Shown: positions 31,067 to 39,306 of the stretch, piece after piece
How the letters are laid out: each line of letters starts with the position of its first letter
Position numbering within the stretch: the first letter of the stretch is position 1
Source: Candidatus Micrarchaeota archaeon
Lineage (GTDB): Archaea; Micrarchaeota; Micrarchaeia; Anstonellales; Bilamarchaeaceae
Length of the DNA stretch: 64,000 bases
Direction of reading: 5' to 3'
NCBI GenBank assembly: GCA_964434735.1
Contig: CAYSWK010000002.1
Coordinates: 634-64,633, forward strand
Made by a program: the position numbers and the translations under genes
Notes under the pieces: generated by a model
Told to the model about the DNA's origin: nothing
Seen by the model: only the letters and a program-made list of their open reading frames with translations
The model's database searches: none

Positions 31067-31727
31067 CGAATGTGCTTGCTGTTGTGATGTTTATATTTGT
31101 TACGCATTCTTGAAAATTAAAAAAATACAAGTCTGATTGCACTAGGTGTACAATAGCCAGCAATTTCAAAAAGAAATTGCAAGTTCAAGTTAACTTTGTT
31201 AACAGTCCTTTCATTTTTTATAAGCAAAAATGCAAGAGTAATTGAACTTCGTTCAAAACCCTTCCATTTTTGTGAGCAAAAATGCAAGAGGCAGGATATT
31301 CACTGTTTCCCGCACCCTGCAGTCTGCATCCAGAAATTACTGGAAACAGGTAACTGGCTGCTGGAAACTGATTTGAACCTGCGTAGTCACTAAGACACCA
31401 AACATCTCCGGCAATTTGACAACGTCAAAAAGCCTCCTGAATCTGGCACGTTTGACCGGGCTCCGCCACTCTTGCGTTTACTTATGTTTTCCGAATACAA
31501 CGTAGCGGCCTATTCCAAGAAAGTACTTAGAGTTGGCCTTGCTCGCACTTTCGTGCGAGAGCTTTTGCAAGAGCTTGGGTTCCGAAGGAACCTGGCGGGC
31601 ATTGACGCGCACGTCAACCAAACCGCCACTCTTGCGTGGTATTATGTTCTTCTTATGCAACATCCGTTGATTGAACATGCTACTCTTGCCTCGTTACTCT
31701 TATAAATATGACAAGTGAGAGAAACGC
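31067..31727. repeat. repeat-dense divergent intergenic region (7-mer GCAAGAG/CTCTTGC x6, tandem 30-mers, duplicated 14-mer ccgccactcttgcg)
   Basis: gcaagag at 31232, 31284, 31567; ctcttgc at 31469, 31629, 31684; tandem repeat tc(c/a)ttttt.t.agcaaaaatgcaagag at 31205-31237 and 31259-31290; ccgccactcttgcg at 31463-31476 and 31623-31636. Confidence 0.6.
31436..31476 (-). pseudogene. tRNA-like 5' segment (acceptor + D-arm + anticodon stem/loop of a tRNA-Leu-like sequence, anticodon CAG) without a contiguous 3' half
   Basis: minus strand GCAAGAG TG GCG GAGCCCGGTCAAA CGT G CCAGA TTCAGGA mirrors the 5' half of the tRNA-Leu at 48714-48839; a T-arm-like GCAGGTTCAAATC lies 54 nt further downstream on the same (minus) strand (plus coords 31370-31382) and a CTCTTGCA acceptor-3'-like element at 31283-31290. 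Confidence 0.35.
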
Positions 31728-32468
31728 ATGGCATCCCGTGATACAACTCCCGCATATGTACCAAAAACCATCGAAAGAATCAAAAGCGGAATTCCCGGAT
31801 TTGACCAATTGATCCAGGGGGGATTTGTAAATCATTCAACAACGCTTGTACGCGGTGGAACGGGAACGGGGAAAACCCTTTTTTGCCTCCAGTATTTATA
31901 CAAGGGAATACGTGAACATAATGAACCGGGCGTATTCATCTCATTTGCAGAAACTGAGGAAGAAATCATACAGCACGGCAACAGCTTTGGCTGGGATCTT
32001 GAAGAATTAATAAAAAAGAAACAATTTGCGATCATACAATATGCGCCGCACGAAATCGCCCACGTCATGGAAGAGGGGGGCGGAAGCGTCCGTGACACCA
32101 TCGAGTCCCTTGGCGCAAAACGCCTTGTCATCGATTCCATAACTGCATACTCACTTTTATTTGAAAATGAATACAAGGCAGATGAATCAATATTGGACCT
32201 CTTCCAGCTGCTCAAAAAATGGGGATGTACTTCATTAGTAACTTCAGAATATCCTGTATATGTGGATCAAAGCACCCCGGAAAGGCTTGGGTTTCTTACC
32301 GATGGAATACTTAACCTCTATTATTTTAGGGTAAACAACAAAAGAATACGTGGGCTTGAAGTGCTCAAAATGCGGGATACGCACCAGGAGAATACCATCC
32401 GTTCGATGGAAGTAAGTAAGACGGGAATTATAATTGGCAAACCGCTTTCATTAAGAGGTCAAGCATGA
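31728..32468 (+). CDS. FlaH/ArlH-like KaiC/RecA-superfamily ATPase
   Basis: GIPGFDQLIQGGFVNHSTTLVRGGTGTGKTLFCLQYLYKG Walker A in KaiC-like fold, ~246 aa, as in archaellum FlaH. Confidence 0.6.
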   Translation: MASRDTTPAYVPKTIERIKSGIPGFDQLIQGGFVNHSTTLVRGGTGTGKTLFCLQYLYKGIREHNEPGVFISFAETEEEIIQHGNSFGWDLEELIKKKQFAIIQYAPHEIAHVMEEGGGSVRDTIESLGAKRLVIDSITAYSLLFENEYKADESILDLFQLLKKWGCTSLVTSEYPVYVDQSTPERLGFLTDGILNLYYFRVNNKRIRGLEVLKMRDTHQENTIRSMEVSKTGIIIGKPLSLRGQA

Positions 32469-34489
32469 AAAAAGGACAAACCGCGGTTGAATTTCTTTTG
32501 ATATTTGCAGCCGTGCTTCTATTGGTGTTTATAGCAACCTCGGTAAACCGCGAACAAATTTCTACCATCAATACTCAAAAAATAAACACACAAGCGCAAA
32601 GCGCAGTTGAGGAAATTGCTGCGGCTTCCCAGCAAGTCTATGCACAAGGGGAAGGCGCAAAAAAAAGAATATTCATCATTGTCCCTGAAGGATATGATCC
32701 TGAAAGTTCTTCCCTTTCGAATCGGACGATTAAGATGAGGGTCCGTGAAACCGATTATACGTACGCAACGGATTTTGATATTTACGGATCAGTCCCACGG
32801 TACTACGGCGGCCAATGGCTCTGGGTTATCTCTGAAGGCACGTCAGTACGAATTAGCGATGCCCTCTTCAGGGTCGTTCCCGTTTCCATAAACAATATCA
32901 TGTCACAAAATGCAACCGACCAAGAAACGTTTACGGTTGAAAGCCTCTCAAACACGCCAATCAACGTCACGCTTGACCCTGTATGGAGCAATTCTGTCAG
33001 CCTGGATCTAAGCACTAATTCCTTTTCGCTCAATGCGTCAGAAACGCAAGTAGTTACTGTTACATTTGAATCCCCCGTGAACGCAATCGGCTTCCAATCA
33101 GGAAGCATTTTTGCACAAGCAACAAACGGAACAACAAATGACAGTCTTTCCCTTCCCATAACCATCGAAGTAGTCGGAACATACCAGGATAATTCGCCCG
33201 CACTTACGGTTGACCCTTCCATCTGGGAGGAGAGCCTCAATTTAAATGAAAGCAAAACGGCAACATTTACGGTGTGCACAAACACCGTTACAACTGTTCC
33301 TTCAGTCCAATTCATACCCTCTTCGGGAAACCCCGGGTCGTGGATAAGCGGCACAAGCGCACTTGGACCTTTGATTGAATCAGAATGCCAAGACAAGGAA
33401 CTTACCGTTACGGGCGCATCAAACGCAAGTTCAGGAATTTACATAGGATACATTAATGTGTCAGGAAGCGAAAATGCCTCGGACATCATTGTTACTATTA
33501 TGCAATTGACAGGGGCAAACGATTCACTAGGCCCCATTGTCACAGGGATCAGTTTAAGCGACTCAGATATCCTTGCAGGTGAAAACTTCAGCATCACCGC
33601 AACGGGCGATGATTCAACAACGGGCAATTCAAGCATTGCAAGCTGCGAAATACAAATGAACGGCGGTAGCTGGCAAGCTATGGAAGCACAGGACGGAAAT
33701 TATAATGAAGTGAGTGAAGGAGTCGAACTTAGTTTCATCATGAACACTGCTTCAAGCAACACTGCAGGAATCAGGTGCACGGATACAGCTGGAAATACCG
33801 GCAGCATATATGAGTATGAATTCAGTATAATGAAAAATATCCTCTTCATACGAAAAACGAGCGCAACTCAAACCTCCGAAGAACAATGGATGACGTTCCT
33901 TAATACGTACGTTTCCGGCCTGGGGTATTCCTGGGATTATGACGATTATGAAGAAGCGGACCTTGATGGAGATCTTGAAACAATCGAACTTTACAAAGTA
34001 GTTATTATGTCAGAATGGCAGCACCCGTCTGCAGTTGAAAATGAACTTGAAGACTATATGCAAGCGGGCGGAAGAGTTATCCATTTTGGGGGCGCACTGC
34101 AGCATGGAGTTGCAGATCTTGGGTTTGCATCAGGAAACTATAACCCTACTACTGAACGAAGAATATACGTCCATGAGGATTTGGCACACTACGTAACAAG
34201 CGGATTTTCATACGGCAGTATCCAGGTCCTTTCAAGCAATGACCAAATGTACCGCGGAGCAAACGGCGATTTCATAAGCGGAAGAGCCTCAGGGCAAGGG
34301 TACTACTTTATTTCACTCTCAAGCGGACAAACCGGATACCAGCATGAAACAATAGGAAGCGAGGCATTACGCGGGTCTGGAGGTTATTGGTGCTGGGGAG
34401 TTACGCGTCCGGACAAATTGAATTCAAACGGGCGAACGTTCGTAACCCGCATTATAGACTGGAGCATCCAGCAATCACAAATAGAATAA
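32465..34489 (+). CDS. giant pilin-like surface protein (674 aa) with class III signal peptide
   Basis: MKKGQTAVEFLLIFAAVLLLVFIATSV (KG-Q, E at +5) overlapping FlaH-like stop; Thr/Ser/Asn-rich body with many N-x-S/T sequons. Confidence 0.55.
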   Translation: MKKGQTAVEFLLIFAAVLLLVFIATSVNREQISTINTQKINTQAQSAVEEIAAASQQVYAQGEGAKKRIFIIVPEGYDPESSSLSNRTIKMRVRETDYTYATDFDIYGSVPRYYGGQWLWVISEGTSVRISDALFRVVPVSINNIMSQNATDQETFTVESLSNTPINVTLDPVWSNSVSLDLSTNSFSLNASETQVVTVTFESPVNAIGFQSGSIFAQATNGTTNDSLSLPITIEVVGTYQDNSPALTVDPSIWEESLNLNESKTATFTVCTNTVTTVPSVQFIPSSGNPGSWISGTSALGPLIESECQDKELTVTGASNASSGIYIGYINVSGSENASDIIVTIMQLTGANDSLGPIVTGISLSDSDILAGENFSITATGDDSTTGNSSIASCEIQMNGGSWQAMEAQDGNYNEVSEGVELSFIMNTASSNTAGIRCTDTAGNTGSIYEYEFSIMKNILFIRKTSATQTSEEQWMTFLNTYVSGLGYSWDYDDYEEADLDGDLETIELYKVVIMSEWQHPSAVENELEDYMQAGGRVIHFGGALQHGVADLGFASGNYNPTTERRIYVHEDLAHYVTSGFSYGSIQVLSSNDQMYRGANGDFISGRASGQGYYFISLSSGQTGYQHETIGSEALRGSGGYWCWGVTRPDKLNSNGRTFVTRIIDWSIQQSQIE

Positions 34490-34494
34490 AAAAA

Positions 34495-36243
34495 TTAGCG
34501 GGCAATTGCCTTTTTCTGACAATCGAATGGAAGACGTTTACACGTCGTAGTACCTCGAATGCAGGCACTTTTGCCTGATATGATAAGGGTCTTGCTCGCA
34601 CCGAATCTTCCAAGAACAGCATTAAGGTTTGCATCCGTGCACGTTTTCCCTGCAAGGGATTCTTTGGGCTTTGGTTTTTCCTTAACAGTTTTTATGGCTT
34701 TAGCGAGTGTAGGCACGGAAATAGAAACGGGCGGCGGTGCCACGGTTCCTGCATCTGGTTTTGCAGGAAGCACTTGTGCATCAACTTGTCGAGGCATTTC
34801 CGTAGGAACCTCCTTAGCAACATGCGTGCCTGAATCAACCGTAACAACAACGGGAGTTAAAACTGGGATAACCACTTCGTTCTTTGAAGAACGTAAAGAA
34901 CTAATTCCTAACCCTATTACCGTTCCAAGTAAAACAACTCCTGCAACAAGGCCTACGTTTACAAGCGTATTTTGAGGTTGAGGCTTTGCATGGAAAATTA
35001 AGGGTTCGCCTAAAACAATATTCGCTAAATTGCCTGCATTTACCAAAGCAATACGTAATTGAGCTAATTCACTTGCAGTTTTTTTACCATTCAGACCTAA
35101 AAAGCCGTAAGTAAGTTCGCTAAGTGCCTTATTGCCTTTTCCTACAAAATCGATAGCGATAGTATTATCGTCATTATTTTGCGAAATTGCAACGTATGAT
35201 ACATTTCGTGCTTCAAGAACTCCTGAACGATTAAGCACGTCATAAAGTTTTTGTTCGCACCTCTTTTTTTGCCGTTGTCGCCTCATACCTTTTGCAATTG
35301 CTCTCTGATCGATAGTAAGTCCAAGCTCTGCGTCAAGCGCTGCATCAAGTGAGACGTGCACACCAATCGAATCGCGATCTAAAATTTTACTTTGTTTTTT
35401 ATTTAATTCTTTAATCTCCGCTTCTTTTTCTTTCGATGAAAGAACAGCGTTTGATGAGATTTCCGCTTTCTTTTGATCAAAATATGCGTTAACTTTTTGA
35501 CGAAGTTCTTCCTCATTCATGGAAAATAATTCCCCAAGACGATTCTGATATGCGTACTCTTGTTGAAAAAATGCGCGCATTTGATAGATAGAAACTTTTT
35601 TTTGCGAAGAAACAGGTATTGTTTCCAAAATTTCATAAGCAGCATCGAGAACCGCTTCAGCAAATACCTCATCAACTTTATTTGAGACTAATTTAAGAAC
35701 GGTTATTGCTGCCCGTTTTTTTTCACTCAAAGATGATGAATCAGACGTCATGATTTCATATAGTGCATCGACATACTCCTTGTTTGTAAGTACTGGAGTA
35801 AAATCAACTGATACAATGGGAACATCGGGATCTTCAATACCGTCTCCGTCCTCAGTATCGAAACCGGCAGGCAAATCAGAGGTACGTAGAACTAATGCAG
35901 GCTGCCCGAAAGTAAGCGTCTTTGCATTTTCATCTGCAGGTCCGAAAAGCGGATCTACAGTTCCACCAATAAGCTCGACCGCGTCATCATCAACTTCGTG
36001 TTCAGGATCTGGAATGGTAGGTTGCGCATCAAGTGATAATTCAGGTACATCCTTACCTGGAACTGGCAACGACTCACTGAGAACTGACTGCTGGGAACCG
36101 GAAACCGGCTGCTGTGCACTGGGTGCTGACTGCTCGGTACCTGATGCCGGCTGCCCGGTGCTGGCTGCACCCGGAGTAACCTTAGGCTTAGGGGGCACTT
36201 CCCCGAAAGGATCATCTTCAAGGTCTGATTGAGCTATTGCCAT
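34495..36243 (-). CDS. ORFan membrane protein, paralog A (582 aa): acidic N-terminal domain, single TM, C-terminal 4-Cys module
   Basis: N-term MAIAQSDLEDDPFGEVPPKPKV and C-term KTCTDANLNAVLGRFGASKTLIISGKSACIRGTTTCKRLPFDCQKKAIAR shared with 36322-39258; TM VGLVAGVVLLGTVIGLGISSL. Confidence 0.6.
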   Translation of the reverse strand: MAIAQSDLEDDPFGEVPPKPKVTPGAASTGQPASGTEQSAPSAQQPVSGSQQSVLSESLPVPGKDVPELSLDAQPTIPDPEHEVDDDAVELIGGTVDPLFGPADENAKTLTFGQPALVLRTSDLPAGFDTEDGDGIEDPDVPIVSVDFTPVLTNKEYVDALYEIMTSDSSSLSEKKRAAITVLKLVSNKVDEVFAEAVLDAAYEILETIPVSSQKKVSIYQMRAFFQQEYAYQNRLGELFSMNEEELRQKVNAYFDQKKAEISSNAVLSSKEKEAEIKELNKKQSKILDRDSIGVHVSLDAALDAELGLTIDQRAIAKGMRRQRQKKRCEQKLYDVLNRSGVLEARNVSYVAISQNNDDNTIAIDFVGKGNKALSELTYGFLGLNGKKTASELAQLRIALVNAGNLANIVLGEPLIFHAKPQPQNTLVNVGLVAGVVLLGTVIGLGISSLRSSKNEVVIPVLTPVVVTVDSGTHVAKEVPTEMPRQVDAQVLPAKPDAGTVAPPPVSISVPTLAKAIKTVKEKPKPKESLAGKTCTDANLNAVLGRFGASKTLIISGKSACIRGTTTCKRLPFDCQKKAIAR

Positions 36244-36290
36244 CGGATTACCTGTTATATATTATGGTATTTCGTATATTTAAACATATG
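36244..36290 (-). promoter_or_regulatory. TATA-box promoter of paralog A (duplicated block)
   Basis: coding-strand tttaaatatacgaaataccataatatataacaggtaatccgATG; near-identical 45-nt block at 39259-39305. Confidence 0.55.
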
Positions 36291-36321
36291 CATAACTCGT
36301 AATTTAGGAAAAAAATAAAAA

Positions 36322-39258
36322 TTAGCGGGCAATTACCTGTCTTGGGCAACTAAACGGGAGACGTTTACACGTCGTAGTACCTCGAATACATGCGTTTTTG
36401 TCTAATACCATGAGGGTCTTGCCCGCACCGAATCCTCCAAGGGCGCGATTAAGATTTGCATCAGTACACGTTTTCCCTGCAAGGGGTTCTTCGGGCTTTG
36501 GTTTTTCCACAACCGATTTTACGACCTTTTTAGGAGCAGGTTTAGATGAATCTTCATCACATTTTGATGAATCAAGCCTAACTCGTTTTGCAAGTTCTGC
36601 CACCTCATAATTGTCAGCCATGTTTCCCTTAGGACACGTTTCATCAATGAGTTTTTTGATAACGCGTTTTGCGCCTTCAGTATCTTTTGCTTCAAGGTAC
36701 TTTTCAGCTGCAGTGAACATATTTCCCGCGTTTTCTGCTTTTTTTGCAGCCGTTAAAACAGGATCTTCTTTTATTCCTGCATCCGCAGAACCGGAAACTG
36801 GAGACTGAGAATCCGCAACGGGTCGCGAGGAGTCTATTGCTACTCCCGCATCACGTACGGATGCATCTTGCGCTTGACGCACTTGTTGAACTGCTGCAAC
36901 TGCTTGCTCTTGTTGTGAAGATTCATTGTTTCCAAAATACTTGACCACTCCAATCACAAGACTTGCTGCAAGCGCAAGGCCAGAAAGCACGGCAAGCGGG
37001 CCAGTCAATGATATTTTTGGTTTTTGGCGAGGGCGCGACCCCATGCGCTCTGCAAGCTCCCTGAATTCCAAAGCGTCAATTTCAACATCAGAACTTTCGC
37101 CCATCCGCTGCGCAAGCCTTCTTTGACTGTCATCGGTAACAACCTCAAGTACCCGTTTATTCGCAGCATCGACAACTGCGTATCGTTCACGATCGGTATC
37201 AACTCGTACGACCCGTACTCGCCGGGTTCCTTCCGATAGGGAACTTGCCGCATCTCGAAGCGGCCTGACAGGAACTTCTTCATCGCCAATTTGTGCAACG
37301 TGCGCGTCCTTTTCTTCAAACAACCGTTTAACCTGGGCACGCATTTCAGGATATTCTTCACCAAATAAATCCTCAAAATATCGATTCATTATTCTAAGAA
37401 CTGCAAGCGGGAAGGTTTCAGGATTGAACTTTGGTAAAAGTGCAGCACGAATGAATGCTTTTTGAACAGAAATTGGAAGATCGCCCCCTTCAACAAATGA
37501 ACTGAATAAAGGGTCTCGTTCGCTCTTCCTCCATGAAGCAAGTTGAGTGAATACGGTTTCAGGAACCAAAACGGCTGCTTCTGTAGGTTGCCCTGAACCA
37601 ACAAGATAGGTATAAACTTCACCTTCAATGGCCGCATTAAGAACATCATCACCAAAGGATGAGGCTGATAACTTTTCAAGAACCGCCCTGCCGAACCTCA
37701 CGCGAATGTCGTTTGCCTCACCTTTCAAACCTTCAGAAACAAGGTTCGCGATTTTAACGCCCATGTAATGAAGAAGCTGCGTTTGCTCATCTGATGAAAG
37801 CTGTGTGGGAGCCGTATCTGATGAAAGCGTTCTAGGAGCAAGATAGATGCTCCTAAAAGACTCAATCAAATGATCTACGATAGTTTCAAGTTCTTCTGGA
37901 GTTCTTTGTACATGCGAAATTCGTTGTGAAACACGTAAATCAACCTCACTTTTTGCAAGTCTAAGGTAAGAAGAGTCTCGATTTACTAAAAGCCGTGAAG
38001 CATCAACGGCTTCTGGTCTTAAATCAAGAATAGCAGAAATTGTTGCACCCAATGTGGTTGGATCGGCAACCCTACGAAGTGCAATCAGCTGCTCGCTGGA
38101 AAGGGCTTCAAGAAGATTATCTTTTAAAGGATGCGACTGCAATCCGTCTGCAACCCCCATCTGCTCTTCACCGGTCAGATGTAAAAGTACATCAACAAGA
38201 AATGCGGCATTGCGCGTAGTCTGGAATTGCTCAAGTGCAAGAATAAGTTCAGGAGAAACAGTAAGGCCAGAAGGAAGTTCAAGACCCAATGAAACGGCCA
38301 GCCTGATGGGAGTGCGTGCCATCAAAGGCGACGTCGTTTGAGGCGGCTCAGGGATAGGACGTTTTACGGTTGTTGCATCATCACGTGGGGGTGCCCGTGC
38401 AGCAGGAACAGTCTCGGCGGTTGGACTGACTGCCCGAGGGTTAGTAGGTTCGCCATCAAGTTCAACATCATCCCATTCAAGGGTTTGCGTCCCCTCGTGT
38501 GATGGAAATGCAGCGATATCATCTTCATCTGCAGGTTCTATCCCATCACCGTCAGCATCAACTTCCAGAATAGGAGTTACACCTGTAACTTCCGACCTGC
38601 TGGGTTCACGGCCTGCAAGTGCATCCGCCAGTTCATCTTGAGGCAAAGATACAATGACATTAGGAGCTTCATCGCTTGCGCCCTCAGGAATGCTATGAGT
38701 GGAAGTCGTTGCGCGTGGATCATTGCCATATTCGATAGTATCTGCTCTGGAAGCTGCGGGAGCTTCGACTGCAGCGGGTTCTTCTTCATCATTAAAATCA
38801 AATGGATTTCTTGCAAGTCCGACTGATGATTCTGATACTACTAATATAGGTTGTCCTCGAACAAGCGTCTTTGCATTTTGATCAGCAGGTCCGGAAGATG
38901 GAGTATGCTCACCACCAACAACATGTTCATCTGCTTCGTGTTCAAGACCTTCATCTGTTTCTCCTAAAACCTGACTGGGGGTTACGGGTAAAGTGCTTTG
39001 AGAAGGAAGTGGGGCAGATGCCGGTGTTTTAACTGAAGAACTTTCAGAATCATCTATGTCAGTACGTTGCGCATCAAGTAATGGTTCAGGTGCATCCTTA
39101 CCAGGAACTGACAACGGGGAATCGGAAACCGGCTGCACTGTGTCCGATGCTGAAACGGGTGCTTGAGCTACAGGCTTAGCTGCTGCGCGGGTAACTTTAG
39201 GCTTAGGGGGTACTTCCCCGAAAAGATCATCTTCAAGTTCTGAGTTTTTTATTGCCAT
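36322..39258 (-). CDS. ORFan membrane protein, paralog B (978 aa)
   Basis: N-term MAIKNSELEDDLFGEVPPKPKV; TM LAVLSGLALAASLVIGVVKYF; C-term KTCTDANLNRALGGFGAGKTLMVLDKNACIRGTTTCKRLPFSCPRQVIAR; 3' coding DNA ~85% identical to paralog A. Confidence 0.6.
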   Translation of the reverse strand: MAIKNSELEDDLFGEVPPKPKVTRAAAKPVAQAPVSASDTVQPVSDSPLSVPGKDAPEPLLDAQRTDIDDSESSSVKTPASAPLPSQSTLPVTPSQVLGETDEGLEHEADEHVVGGEHTPSSGPADQNAKTLVRGQPILVVSESSVGLARNPFDFNDEEEPAAVEAPAASRADTIEYGNDPRATTSTHSIPEGASDEAPNVIVSLPQDELADALAGREPSRSEVTGVTPILEVDADGDGIEPADEDDIAAFPSHEGTQTLEWDDVELDGEPTNPRAVSPTAETVPAARAPPRDDATTVKRPIPEPPQTTSPLMARTPIRLAVSLGLELPSGLTVSPELILALEQFQTTRNAAFLVDVLLHLTGEEQMGVADGLQSHPLKDNLLEALSSEQLIALRRVADPTTLGATISAILDLRPEAVDASRLLVNRDSSYLRLAKSEVDLRVSQRISHVQRTPEELETIVDHLIESFRSIYLAPRTLSSDTAPTQLSSDEQTQLLHYMGVKIANLVSEGLKGEANDIRVRFGRAVLEKLSASSFGDDVLNAAIEGEVYTYLVGSGQPTEAAVLVPETVFTQLASWRKSERDPLFSSFVEGGDLPISVQKAFIRAALLPKFNPETFPLAVLRIMNRYFEDLFGEEYPEMRAQVKRLFEEKDAHVAQIGDEEVPVRPLRDAASSLSEGTRRVRVVRVDTDRERYAVVDAANKRVLEVVTDDSQRRLAQRMGESSDVEIDALEFRELAERMGSRPRQKPKISLTGPLAVLSGLALAASLVIGVVKYFGNNESSQQEQAVAAVQQVRQAQDASVRDAGVAIDSSRPVADSQSPVSGSADAGIKEDPVLTAAKKAENAGNMFTAAEKYLEAKDTEGAKRVIKKLIDETCPKGNMADNYEVAELAKRVRLDSSKCDEDSSKPAPKKVVKSVVEKPKPEEPLAGKTCTDANLNRALGGFGAGKTLMVLDKNACIRGTTTCKRLPFSCPRQVIAR

Positions 39259-39305
39259 CGGATTACCTGTTATATATTATGGTATTTCGTATATTTAAAT
39301 ACATG
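39259..39305 (-). promoter_or_regulatory. TATA-box promoter of paralog B (duplicate of 36244-36290)
   Basis: cggattacctgttatatattatggtatttcgtatatttaaa block identical to that upstream of paralog A. Confidence 0.55.
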
Positions 39306-39306
39306 T

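Noticed and set aside
31370-31476. Calling a complete tRNA-Leu(CAG) gene here
   Set aside because: A good 5' half and a T-arm-like element exist, but the anticodon-stem 3' strand, T-stem 3' strand and acceptor 3' strand are not contiguous or correctly ordered. I therefore list it as a tRNA-like fragment or possible non-canonical tRNA rather than a gene.
31200-31700. Possible CRISPR array suggested by the recurring short repeats
   Set aside because: The repeat units are heterogeneous (7-mers, 14-mers, 30-mers), irregularly spaced and in both orientations. No cas genes are nearby. The organisation does not fit CRISPR.
31472-31705. 77-aa ORF (MRLLMFSEYNV…) inside the repeat region
   Set aside because: It lies entirely within repeats and tRNA-like fragments, has no start context, and its sequence is dictated by the repeat motifs. 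It is likely spurious.
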